Shown here: piece by piece, positions 30,843 to 39,966 of the stretch | How the letters are laid out: every line of letters begins with the position of its first letter | Numbering within the stretch: the stretch's first letter is position 1 | Source: Vulcanimicrobiota bacterium | GTDB taxonomy: Bacteria; Vulcanimicrobiota; Vulcanimicrobiia; Vulcanimicrobiales; Vulcanimicrobiaceae | Length of the DNA stretch: 64,000 bases | Direction of reading: 5' to 3' | Assembly (NCBI GenBank): GCA_963820825.1 | Contig: CAWGBN010000002.1 | Coordinates: forward strand, 192,001 to 256,000 | Program-made: the position numbers and the translations under genes | The notes under the pieces: model-generated | Seen by the model: the letters and a program-made list of their open reading frames with translations, nothing else | The model's database searches: none | What the model was told of the DNA's origin: nothing

Positions 30843-33800
30843 ATGCTGCTGCACGCGCTCGGACGTACGACATCGCTTCTCGTGCTCGTAGGCATCTTCG
30901 CCGCGAGCGTTTTACCCGCGCAGGCCGGAACGACCGGCGCGATCACCGGACAGGTGGTGAGCACGACGAAGGCGCCGATTGCGGGCGCGCGCGTCGTCGC
31001 CGTCAGCCCCTCGCAGACGGCGACGGTTATCACCGACGCGTCGGGCCGCTTCTCGCTCCTTTCGCTGGCACCGGAGACCTATACGATCACCGTCTCCAAG
31101 GACGGGTTCGATACGACCTCGCTGACCGGCATCTCGGTCTTTGCCGATCAACTGCAGACGCTGCGCGTGACCTTGGCGCCTTCACTGCGAACGATTGCGC
31201 ACGTCACCGCGCGTTCGTCGATGGATCTCGTGAAATCGGGCACGACGAGCGACGTCTACTCGGTCAATTCGACCGTTACTGCGGCCGCGGCGGGAATCGG
31301 CGGCGGCGGAAATTTGAACAACGCCTATTCGGCGATCGCCGCCGTCCCTGGGACCTTCGTGCCGCCGAATCAGCAAGGCTGGGACCAAGTGGTCTATATT
31401 CGCGGCGGCAACTACGACCAAGTGGGTTACGAGTTCGACGGCGTTCCGGTGAATCGGTCGTTCGATAACTACCCCGGCAGCACGGCCGGCACGCTCGGTC
31501 AGCAAGAGCTACAAGTCTATGCCGGCGGTGGAACGGCCGGCGAGAGCGCCTCGGGATTGGCCGGCTTCATCAATCAAGTCATCAAGACCGGAACCTTTCC
31601 GGGATACGCGACGGTCAGCGGCGGAATCGGCACGCCGACCTACTATCACAACCTGCAAGTCGAAGTCGGGGGAGCGACGCCCGATCGGCTCTTCTCCTAC
31701 TACGTCGGCGTCGGCGGCTACAACCAGGGCTATCGCTATCTCAATCAGTTCGACGGCTCCGACCTCGGCAACGTCTGGGGCTATCCGGCGATCGCCTTTA
31801 ACACCGCTAACCAATACTTTGGCGGCGTCTTTCCATCGTGCGGCTACAATCCACCAAGAGGTTCGGGCTACTACAACGGCCCCAATCCTTCGCCGGTCTG
31901 GGATCCGTTTTCGCTTAGTCCAGGGCAACCGGGCTATGTGCCGCTTCCGGTCAACACGATGAACAAAACCGGACTCGGCAACGACCCCGGTTGTTACGCG
32001 ACGATCACGCCGTCCTATAACGCGTACGGCGTCTCGAATCTCGCCGATCGCGAGAGCATCATCAATCTCCATATCGGCGTACCCCACCGCCACGACGCCG
32101 GCCGCGACGACATTCAAGTGCTCTACAACGTCGTGGCGCTGCAGACGCAGTTCGTCAGCTCGCAGAACGATCTCGGACCGAACGTCATCACGGAACTGAG
32201 CCAATACGAGACCGGCGAATCGATACCGGAGGTCTGGCCCGACTTCGTCACGTGGCCGCGCGGAACGCGCTTCGGGCAGAGCGCATCGAACCTCTCAGCG
32301 GTTCCCTACTTCGCGCCGAGCTCGCCGGGGGACCGCTGCGCCAACATCGACCCGTACGGCTTCTATCCCGGAGTGCAGCTCAAAGGACAATGCGCCGCCG
32401 GAACGTTCTCGGCGGTGCCGCCCGACAACCGGGATTCGTTCTGGAACAACGCCTCGATCTTCAAGCTGCAATACCAGCACAACATCGGGTCGAGCGCCTA
32501 CATCCGGCTCTACGGCTACTCGTTCTACTCCGATTGGCTGCAGGCGAGCGCGCTCAGCTACGGGACGCCGTTTTATGGTTTCGGCGCACTCAGTTACGAC
32601 TACGAGCTCGAGTCCCACACGCGCGGACTCTCGATGACCGCGGCCGACCAGGTCAGCCCCGAGCATCTGCTGACCTTCGATGCCAACTACGTAACCGCGA
32701 CCACGAACCGCTACAACAATAACAACTTCAACAACTTTCTTTCGACCAACGCGACAAATCTCACCAATGGCAAGCAATGTTTCGCCTATTACTCCGGCAA
32801 CTTCGAAGGCCAACACTACGAGCAGGGACAGCCCGCCCCGTGCAACAGCGGGCTGACGAGCGGCAGTTTTTTGACTCCCGAGCCCGGGCCGACCGTTCGC
32901 GGCGCCACCTGGCAGGTGACCTATACCGGAAACTCCGGTTTCGTCAACACGGTCGAGCCGAATTTCACGGCGCTGGCACTGCAAGATCAATGGAACCCGA
33001 GCGACAAGCTCAACGTCAATATCGGTCTGCGCGAGGAAGAGTACGAATACAATCTCGCCAACACATCTGACAACGGTCAGAACTTCTGGTTCTTAGCGGG
33101 ACAGCGCGAGTTCTGTTACAACCCGCAGACGCTCGCACCGTACTTCATTCCCACCCCGCCCGCGAGCGGCCGCCCGCCGAATCCGTTCATCGGCTTCGAC
33201 TGCCCGGTCGATAAGTCGATTCCGGCGCACCCCGTGCAGACCGTGCACCCCGACGGCAAGGACGGCCACTTACTGCTCAGCAACAGCTACCCGCCGTCGG
33301 TCGCCGACTACGCCTTCACGCCGCAGTTGGGCATGACGTACACCGTCAATCCCGACACCGTCCTCCGCCTCTCGGCGGGACGGTACGCGCAAGAGCCGCA
33401 GACCTACCAAGTGCAGTACAACGCCAAAGATAATAACCTCGCCTACGATCTCTTTCAGGCCTTCTGGCAGTACGGTTACACGACGCCGCTGCACAACGCG
33501 CTGGTGCAGTACTCCGACAACTACGACTTCTCGTACGAGCGGCGCTTCAAGGGCACCGATATGTCGATCAAGGTGACGCCGTACTTGCGCTACGCGACCA
33601 ATCAAATCTACGGCGTCGGGTTACCATTCGGCCTGGCCGGGGGCTTAAACTCCGGCGTCGAACGAGTCGACGGCTTCGAGACCGAGTTTACCAAGGGGGA
33701 CTTCAGCAAGAACGGCCTCTCCTTCTTGATCTCCTACACGTACACCAACGCCGCCGAGCGTTGGAACAACTTTCCCGGGACCTCGATCAATCCGCTCGAC

Positions 33801-34667
33801 GCGTACAATCAGGACATCGGCAACTACAACGGACTCACCAAGGCCGGCGGCGGTTCGCAATGCTACGAAAACGACAAAGCCGGCAACGTCTATCCCGATC
33901 CATCCTGCGTGCAGCTCAATCCGAAGTACCACCCGCCGATTTGGAATCCGTACTACCGGATGGCAGCGCAGCCGCTGCTCGACCGCGACGGCTGGTATCC
34001 CGTCGGCCTCGACTACGCCTATCTCTCGCCGAACGTACTGAGCGCGATCGTCAACTACAAGCACAACCGGCTCACGATCACGCCGGCGTTGACGTTCAAC
34101 GAGGGCTCGCTCTACGGCAACCCAGCGGACATTTACGGCAACGATCCGCGCGTCTGCGCGGGCAACTCCGCCGGCTTCACCAACTCGCCTATCCACACCA
34201 AGAATCCATTGCAGGCCGACTATACGACCTGCTTCTCGGCGGCGACGCAGAGCGGCTCGTCGCCCGGCTCGCTCTTTATTCCAAACCCGACCACGGGCAC
34301 GTTCGACGGATTCGGATCCTTCCGGCAGCCGAATCAGCTCAATCTCAGCCTGCAGCTCGGCTATCAGCTCACGCCGCGCGTCAGGGTGAGTGCGTTGCTG
34401 GCCAATCTCGTCAACGCCTGTTTCGGCGGCTCGTCGGAACCGTGGACGAAGCAGTTCCCGCCCAATGGCTACACCTGCGGCTATCAAGCGAACTACTACT
34501 ACGTCTCGAACTTCTACAACGGAACCTCGCCGAACGACCGCGGAGCGAACGGCGTTCCGCTCAACCCGGCATTCAAGCAACCCTTCATTCCCGCGTATGC
34601 CGACACGAATGGATTCGTCTTACCGAACCCGTTCAATATGTATCTGCAGTTCCAGATCGGCCTATAA
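30843..34667 (+). CDS. TonB-dependent receptor with N-terminal carboxypeptidase-regulatory-like domain
   Basis: Signal peptide, GAITGQV...TDASGRFSLLSLAPETYTITVSKDGF, plug YIRGG...EFDGVPVN, aromatic-rich beta strands; 1274 aa. Confidence 0.88.
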   Translation: MLLHALGRTTSLLVLVGIFAASVLPAQAGTTGAITGQVVSTTKAPIAGARVVAVSPSQTATVITDASGRFSLLSLAPETYTITVSKDGFDTTSLTGISVFADQLQTLRVTLAPSLRTIAHVTARSSMDLVKSGTTSDVYSVNSTVTAAAAGIGGGGNLNNAYSAIAAVPGTFVPPNQQGWDQVVYIRGGNYDQVGYEFDGVPVNRSFDNYPGSTAGTLGQQELQVYAGGGTAGESASGLAGFINQVIKTGTFPGYATVSGGIGTPTYYHNLQVEVGGATPDRLFSYYVGVGGYNQGYRYLNQFDGSDLGNVWGYPAIAFNTANQYFGGVFPSCGYNPPRGSGYYNGPNPSPVWDPFSLSPGQPGYVPLPVNTMNKTGLGNDPGCYATITPSYNAYGVSNLADRESIINLHIGVPHRHDAGRDDIQVLYNVVALQTQFVSSQNDLGPNVITELSQYETGESIPEVWPDFVTWPRGTRFGQSASNLSAVPYFAPSSPGDRCANIDPYGFYPGVQLKGQCAAGTFSAVPPDNRDSFWNNASIFKLQYQHNIGSSAYIRLYGYSFYSDWLQASALSYGTPFYGFGALSYDYELESHTRGLSMTAADQVSPEHLLTFDANYVTATTNRYNNNNFNNFLSTNATNLTNGKQCFAYYSGNFEGQHYEQGQPAPCNSGLTSGSFLTPEPGPTVRGATWQVTYTGNSGFVNTVEPNFTALALQDQWNPSDKLNVNIGLREEEYEYNLANTSDNGQNFWFLAGQREFCYNPQTLAPYFIPTPPASGRPPNPFIGFDCPVDKSIPAHPVQTVHPDGKDGHLLLSNSYPPSVADYAFTPQLGMTYTVNPDTVLRLSAGRYAQEPQTYQVQYNAKDNNLAYDLFQAFWQYGYTTPLHNALVQYSDNYDFSYERRFKGTDMSIKVTPYLRYATNQIYGVGLPFGLAGGLNSGVERVDGFETEFTKGDFSKNGLSFLISYTYTNAAERWNNFPGTSINPLDAYNQDIGNYNGLTKAGGGSQCYENDKAGNVYPDPSCVQLNPKYHPPIWNPYYRMAAQPLLDRDGWYPVGLDYAYLSPNVLSAIVNYKHNRLTITPALTFNEGSLYGNPADIYGNDPRVCAGNSAGFTNSPIHTKNPLQADYTTCFSAATQSGSSPGSLFIPNPTTGTFDGFGSFRQPNQLNLSLQLGYQLTPRVRVSALLANLVNACFGGSSEPWTKQFPPNGYTCGYQANYYYVSNFYNGTSPNDRGANGVPLNPAFKQPFIPAYADTNGFVLPNPFNMYLQFQIGL

Positions 34668-36182
34668 GGCGCGGCCGATCGCGGTTTCGGCGGCGCGCGC
34701 GAGCCGGTGCGAACCGATGAGCTCGCGCGCGGCGGCAATGTCGGGCGCCGGTGGCCGGTCCTCGAGCCAGACCGGAATAGACTCGCGCGCCGTCCCGTGC
34801 GCCGCCTGCGTTCCTCGACCGGAGCGCAGCGGGCGGCGCAGATCGGTTGCGGCGAGCGCACCGACCAGCTCGCAGGCGAGCGCGCCTTCGACGTTGTCGA
34901 GCACGCGCGGGAGGTTGTTCGCCGAGGTCATCCCCATGCTGACGTGATCCTCTTGACCGGCAGAGGTCGGAATCGAATCGACGCTCGAGGGCCAGGCCAG
35001 GCCTTTGTTGTCGTTGACGAGCGCGGCCGCGGTGTACTGCACGATCATGAGCCCCGATTCGAGGCCGAGTCGCCGCGCGAGGAAGAGCGGTAAGCCGCGG
35101 TCCTCGGCGTTGAGCAAGAGATAGAGCCGCCGTTCGGCGATCGAGGCGAGTTCGGCGACGGCAATCTTCAAGATATCGATGGCCAGTGCGATCGGCTCTC
35201 CGTGAAAGTTGCCGCCGGAGAGAAAATCGCCGTCCTCGGGAAAGACGAGCGGGTTGTCGGTAACCGAGTTTGCCTCGATCTCGGTGACCCGGCGCACGTG
35301 CGCCAGCGTGTCGCGGACCGCGCCGTGCACGACCGGAATGCAGCGGAACGAGTACGGATCCTGAACGCGCCCGCACTCGGCGTGCGACTGCACGATCTCC
35401 GATCCGGAGAGCAGCGCTCGCAGATTCGCGGCGACGCGCTCTTGGCCCGGGTGCGGGCGCAGATCGTTCAGCCGCCGGTCGAAGACGTGCTCGGTACCGA
35501 GATAGGCCTCGAGCGACATCGCTCCGATCACGTCTGCGGCGGCGGCGAGCCGTTCGGCGCGCAGCAGCCCGAGCGCTGCGATCCCGGTCATGACCTGCGT
35601 GCCGTTGACCAGCGCGAGACCCTCCTTTGCGCCGAGCGATATCGGCTTGAGGCCGGCGCGGCCGAGCGCGAGGGCGCTGGGAAGACGCTCGCCGCGATAG
35701 AAGGCCTCGCCTTCGCCGATCAGCGTCAGCGTCATGTGCGCGAGCGGTGCGAGATCGCCGCTCGCGCCGACCGAGCCTTGGCTCGGAACGACCGGCGTGA
35801 CGCCGCGATCGAGCATCGCGACGATGAGATCGAGCGTCTCCGGCTTGACGCCGGAGTGTCCGGCCGAGAGCGAGTTGGCGCGCAGCACGCTCGCCGCGCG
35901 AACGAACGGAATCTCGAGCGGCGCGCCAGTCCCGGCGGCGTGGCTGCGCACCAAGTTGAGCTGCAGCACAACGGCATCGGCCGGATCGACCGGGATGTTG
36001 GCGAGCCGGCCGAAGCCGGTCGTGACGCCGTAGATCGGCTCGCCTTGCGCGAAACGGTTCTCGACGAACTCTCGCGCTAGTGCGACGCGTTCGCGTGCCG
36101 CGGGAGCGATCCGAACCGGGGCGCCGCCGGCGACGGCCTCAATAGACTCGAGCGTCAGATGGCGCCCGTCGAGCTCGATCAA
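34662..36182 (-). CDS. hutH: Histidine ammonia-lyase
   Basis: YGVTTGFG, MIO motif GSVGASGDLAPLAH, KEGLALVNGT, QDPYSFRC, GGNFHG and QEDHVSMG; TTG start overlapping upstream stop. Confidence 0.95.
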   Translation of the reverse strand: MIELDGRHLTLESIEAVAGGAPVRIAPAARERVALAREFVENRFAQGEPIYGVTTGFGRLANIPVDPADAVVLQLNLVRSHAAGTGAPLEIPFVRAASVLRANSLSAGHSGVKPETLDLIVAMLDRGVTPVVPSQGSVGASGDLAPLAHMTLTLIGEGEAFYRGERLPSALALGRAGLKPISLGAKEGLALVNGTQVMTGIAALGLLRAERLAAAADVIGAMSLEAYLGTEHVFDRRLNDLRPHPGQERVAANLRALLSGSEIVQSHAECGRVQDPYSFRCIPVVHGAVRDTLAHVRRVTEIEANSVTDNPLVFPEDGDFLSGGNFHGEPIALAIDILKIAVAELASIAERRLYLLLNAEDRGLPLFLARRLGLESGLMIVQYTAAALVNDNKGLAWPSSVDSIPTSAGQEDHVSMGMTSANNLPRVLDNVEGALACELVGALAATDLRRPLRSGRGTQAAHGTARESIPVWLEDRPPAPDIAAARELIGSHRLARAAETAIGRAL

Positions 36183-36652
36183 AATTTCGACCAATCGACG
36201 GATGCCGGCTTGGCGAAGGGTGCCCCGCTCTGAATTACGATCGTTTCGCGATCGCGCAAGCGAATCGCGCGCGGATCTTTGCCGTGCCACGGCACGCCGT
36301 TAACCCAGATCGAGAGCCGGCCGCCGTGCGGTGCGCTTACGCCGGCGGCACGCGTCCAGCTCAAGTCGGGTCCCCAAATATCGAAGAACTCGCCGAGATC
36401 GAAGTTGCGCTTCACCGGCGACTCGATGTGAATGATTCCATCGGCCGCGTGCGTGTGCACCCAATAGAGACACGCCGATCCCTGCGGGATGCCGACGTTT
36501 GCCGGCAGGGTCACGGCGCGACCCCGCTCGTAGAGCTGCAGGTCGGTATGCACGTGCTCAACCGCGCCCTCGGTCCGATCGCAGCTTATGCCGTCGATCG
36601 CCAGCGTTCCAAAGAAGCTCTGCGCAACGAGCGTTACCGTCAAGAGAAGCAT
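36179..36652 (-). CDS. Exported hypothetical protein with His/Cys motifs
   Basis: Hydrophobic N-terminus; EHVHTDL and CLYWVHTHAADGIIHIESP. Confidence 0.75.
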   Translation of the reverse strand: MLLLTVTLVAQSFFGTLAIDGISCDRTEGAVEHVHTDLQLYERGRAVTLPANVGIPQGSACLYWVHTHAADGIIHIESPVKRNFDLGEFFDIWGPDLSWTRAAGVSAPHGGRLSIWVNGVPWHGKDPRAIRLRDRETIVIQSGAPFAKPASVDWSKF

Positions 36653-36713
36653 CGCCGCTGGACTTCGCTCCCCCGCGCGGTGCTACCCGCGCAGCGTGAA
36701 GGCTCCCGTACCG

Positions 36714-36753
36714 TGTGCATAACGAAAAATAATTGTGGACAGCTTGTGAATTG
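36714..36753. promoter_or_regulatory. Cluster of three DnaA-box-like nonamers in an AT-rich patch
   Basis: TGTGCATAA (36714), TGTGGACAG (36734) and TGTGAATTG (36745) versus consensus TGTGGATAA. Confidence 0.4.
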
Positions 36754-36802
36754 CGCGACGAGATGCTTGTCGTTGCATCTTTTCGCGTGATACGATGCAC
36801 GA

Positions 36803-37012
36803 GCTTCGAATCTTTCGAAGTGCGACGAACGTATCGTTCGCGACCAACGCAAATCGAAGACGTTGCATTTATTGCAGCCCTCCGAGGCAGCGGTCAAACC
36901 GCCAGGCCGGCGTCAGTGGGGTCTCCGCAAGGAAGCCAAACAGGCGAGGTGGGTGAGTGAATACGTCGGAGCCCGTTTCAGCTCACGCTGCGGCGGGTTT
37001 CGTTATTCTGCA
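36803..37012 (+). ncRNA. Candidate structured small RNA / leader (unidentified family)
   Basis: Upstream TTGTCG-N18-TACGAT with TG extension; several hairpins and a terminator-like stem near 36971-37006; no long ORF. Confidence 0.35.
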
Positions 37013-37051
37013 CGGTCGGCTTGCCTACGTGGTGGTGCGGGTCGCTGGGGC

Positions 37052-38035
37052 TTAGCGATACTTGGTGGAAATTTCCGCGGAGAGTTCCGCGATGCGCGCG
37101 CGGGCGGCTGGCGGGGCGAGTATCTCTGCTTGCGTGCCCCAGCCGAGCACCCAGCGGACGAGTTCGTCGACGTCGGCCACGCGGTAGCCGATCTCGACCG
37201 ATCCGTCCTTGCCGTGCTCTAACTCACGCTCCGCGACGATTCGCGCCGCGACCGCCGCCTTTGCAACCCGTGGAGCAAAGCGTACGCGCACCTCGGTCGT
37301 TTCGTCGGCGTGCAAGACCCCGCTGATCGAGGCCGCGGCGTACTCCTCGACGTTGAAGCCGTTCGGACGAACGAAGGTTTGCGCCAGCAGATGCGGATCG
37401 CCGACGCTATCGACGGCGAAGGTGCGCATATCCCGGCGGGTGTGGTCGTAGGCGACGCAGTAGACGCGGCCGGCATTGAGAATGAAGCCGTATGGATCGA
37501 CGGTCCGCGCGGTCGACTTCCCTTCTTTGTCGAGATAGGTAAACCGGGCGCTTCGCGAGTTTCGCTCGGCCGAGGAGAGCAGCGCGAAGGCGCGCTCCCC
37601 GCGCTCGTCGAGGCGGATCTCGGAGAATCGGAACGCGATCGGCGAAGCCGCTTCGACGCGCGCACGGGCGGCGCGCCCGGCGCTCCCGACGAGCTTCTCG
37701 GCGACTTCGTCGATCGACGCGCCGATCGTTCCCCCGATGCTCGCGCCGAGCGACCGCAAAGCGACGAGTCCAAAGAGCTCGCCGCTGCTCAAGTCGAGAC
37801 GCCGCAGACTATAGCCTCCCGCAAAGCGATAGACGTTTGCCGCGCGATCGAAGTACCACGGGAATCCGGCCTCGCTGAGGACCGAGAGGTAGCGCCGCAG
37901 CGTGCGCGTGCTCGGGCGCTTGCCGCCCTCGGCGATGCGATCTTTGAGATCCTCGAAGGAGTGCTGCCCCTGATCGATCGCGTTGAGCAGTCGCACGAGG
38001 AGCACGACCTTCGACTCCCCTTCCGCGAGGCTCAT
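37052..38035 (-). CDS. HTH-WYL-WCX domain transcriptional regulator (PafB/YafY/DriD-like)
   Basis: STRTLRRYLSVLSEAGFP helix-turn-helix; RTVDPYG..., YCVAYDHTRRDMRTFAVDSV; WVLGWGTQAEILAPP. Confidence 0.92.
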   Translation of the reverse strand: MSLAEGESKVVLLVRLLNAIDQGQHSFEDLKDRIAEGGKRPSTRTLRRYLSVLSEAGFPWYFDRAANVYRFAGGYSLRRLDLSSGELFGLVALRSLGASIGGTIGASIDEVAEKLVGSAGRAARARVEAASPIAFRFSEIRLDERGERAFALLSSAERNSRSARFTYLDKEGKSTARTVDPYGFILNAGRVYCVAYDHTRRDMRTFAVDSVGDPHLLAQTFVRPNGFNVEEYAAASISGVLHADETTEVRVRFAPRVAKAAVAARIVAERELEHGKDGSVEIGYRVADVDELVRWVLGWGTQAEILAPPAARARIAELSAEISTKYR

Positions 38036-39579
38036 CGCGACGACGAAGCGTCCGGCTTCGGGAAGCAGCCGTCGGGCGCGGTGATCGGCGGAGCATTCGG
38101 TTGCGGCGGTGTCGCGGTCAAGCCGATCTGCACCGGATAGAACGAACCTCCGTCGGTCATCGTCTGCACGAGGACGTGCGACGTCTGCCCCGCGGCGAGA
38201 TCGAACGACGTCACCTGATAGGGCGCGGGCACCCGCACGCATCCGATGTCGAAGAGGCTTCCGTCGATGAGAAAGCTCCCGCGCGCCGGTCCGGCGAGCG
38301 GTTTGAGATAGAGATAGGCCGTCGACGGCACCGATCCGGGATTCTTCATCGTCAGCTCGATCGTGTGGACGACGCCATAATCCCCGTAGTCGTGTCCGGA
38401 GGCCGCCGGATCGAGGCTCGGCGGCGTCGGCTCGGTATCGCCGACCACGAGCGTCGCATCGGGGCCGCCCGCGTCAAAACTCAGCGCATCGCTTCCGAAA
38501 CCTGCGATCTTGAAGACGCCGGTTCGATGGTGGCCGTCGCCCGGCAGCACCGGACCGCCCAGGAGCATACGCGGATCGACGCCCGGTGAGACGGCGAGGA
38601 CGGTGACGACCACGGGGCCGCCGGAGAGCACGCGCAGGTCGACGGCGCCGGTGACGAGCTGTCGCGCCGTCATCGGGATGTTGGTAACCACGTAGGGGTC
38701 GTCCGACGAGAGCGCTACGACTACGCCCTCGCCGCGCGCCTTAGTCAAGAGAAAGTTCTTCGTCAGCGTCTGGCCGACGTGCATGACGTCCATGTTCGGG
38801 CCGGCTGTAGCGTTCACGAGTTGAACGGTGGTGGGATCTTGGGAATCGCTCCCGAGCGCGACGACGAGCGCACGAGCGTCGCCCGGATCGGAGACGGCGT
38901 CGTGGTAGTAGAAGAGTCTTGCCGGCTCCTGCGCCGAGACCGTGCCGCGGAAGAGCACGCCGTCTTGGCCGACGTGTTCGGGGTCGTCGTCGTAGAAGAG
39001 CACCGCCGGAGCGAAGCCTAGCAACGCGACGTCCTGGACGTTGACCGTCGTCGTTCCCGATTGATCGAAGTATTGGCCGTTGCCGGCGATCTGCACCGGA
39101 ACGTTGAGCTGCGTGCTCGCCCCCGGCTGCAGCGCCGCCGCCGGCTCGCTGACCGGGCCAATCGTCGTTTGAGCGCCGGGCAACGCCTTGGTCAGGCGCG
39201 CCACGGATGTTTGGACCTGCGCGGCCAACCACTGTGGGTCGGCGGGATCGCCGGTAACCGTGAGACTGGTCTGCGCCACGATCGTCCCGGCGTTGAAGGC
39301 GACGCGGATCGGAAGATCGGCGCGCGCGCCGTTGGCGTCGACGAGGTGAAGGACGTCGTTCCCGGTCGCCTGGGTTGCCGTTACCGTTACCGTCGTTCCA
39401 TCGGCGCTCACGCCCGCCGTGACGAGCCGTTGGTCGAGCGTCGCTTGCACCGGCGGCGCGGCTCCAGTCACGGTTATAACCTGCTGTTGTGCCGGATTCA
39501 GCGCGACGTTGGTTGCAGAAAGAACCAGCGAAGCAGGAGCTGCTTGAGCCAGAGCTACGCCGAAAACCAGGCCGATCAC
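38032..39579 (-). CDS. Secreted beta-rich hypothetical protein
   Basis: Signal peptide, Ig-like strand pattern, LFYDDDPE and GDYGV motifs; ATGA-coupled to the WYL gene. Confidence 0.75.
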   Translation of the reverse strand: MIGLVFGVALAQAAPASLVLSATNVALNPAQQQVITVTGAAPPVQATLDQRLVTAGVSADGTTVTVTATQATGNDVLHLVDANGARADLPIRVAFNAGTIVAQTSLTVTGDPADPQWLAAQVQTSVARLTKALPGAQTTIGPVSEPAAALQPGASTQLNVPVQIAGNGQYFDQSGTTTVNVQDVALLGFAPAVLFYDDDPEHVGQDGVLFRGTVSAQEPARLFYYHDAVSDPGDARALVVALGSDSQDPTTVQLVNATAGPNMDVMHVGQTLTKNFLLTKARGEGVVVALSSDDPYVVTNIPMTARQLVTGAVDLRVLSGGPVVVTVLAVSPGVDPRMLLGGPVLPGDGHHRTGVFKIAGFGSDALSFDAGGPDATLVVGDTEPTPPSLDPAASGHDYGDYGVVHTIELTMKNPGSVPSTAYLYLKPLAGPARGSFLIDGSLFDIGCVRVPAPYQVTSFDLAAGQTSHVLVQTMTDGGSFYPVQIGLTATPPQPNAPPITAPDGCFPKPDASSSR

Positions 39580-39836
39580 TCACCTAAACTCCAGGACGTC
39601 AACTCGGGATACCATGTCGCTCAGGTGGAGCATGACTGGGATTTCTTGGGCCGCTTGGCCTGCTAACATTGGATTTAGCCATCGTGTAGCGGCCCTCCAG
39701 GTACCTTTCGAACGGAGAGCGAGGCATTGCAGTGCCGGGCCGCCTGGGGTGCGGACGGTTTAGGCGTCTGATTCCAACTTGTCCAAGTCGATTGTCCAAG
39801 TGTCCGTTACGCGGAGCGCCTCACAGCCACATTATA
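39580..39836 (-). ncRNA. Candidate structured RNA / long 5' leader with TATAAT promoter
   Basis: TATAAT at 39836-39831; stems cctaaac/gtttagg, ccagg/cctgg, gggccgct/agcggccc and ggca/tgcc; GAAA-capped hairpin. Confidence 0.4.
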
Positions 39837-39966
39837 GAGGATACGACCGGGAAACGGCCGTCTTCATCGGCGCATTGGGCCGCGCAACGAATTTGCGCCC
39901 CGAACCGGACGGTGACGTTCAATCTCGACTGACCACTCACTCGGCTGATCCGAGCGTCGTGCTGCG

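Noticed and set aside
36714..36870. Replication origin (oriC)
   Set aside because: Only three degenerate boxes and no dnaA, dnaN or gyrB nearby; kept only as a weak regulatory observation.
36875..37005. SRP RNA, raiA-motif RNA or HDV-like ribozyme
   Set aside because: Only short fragments resemble these (ggaagc, caggcgag.gtggg, ggtcaaa..ccagg); conserved cores and element order do not fit.
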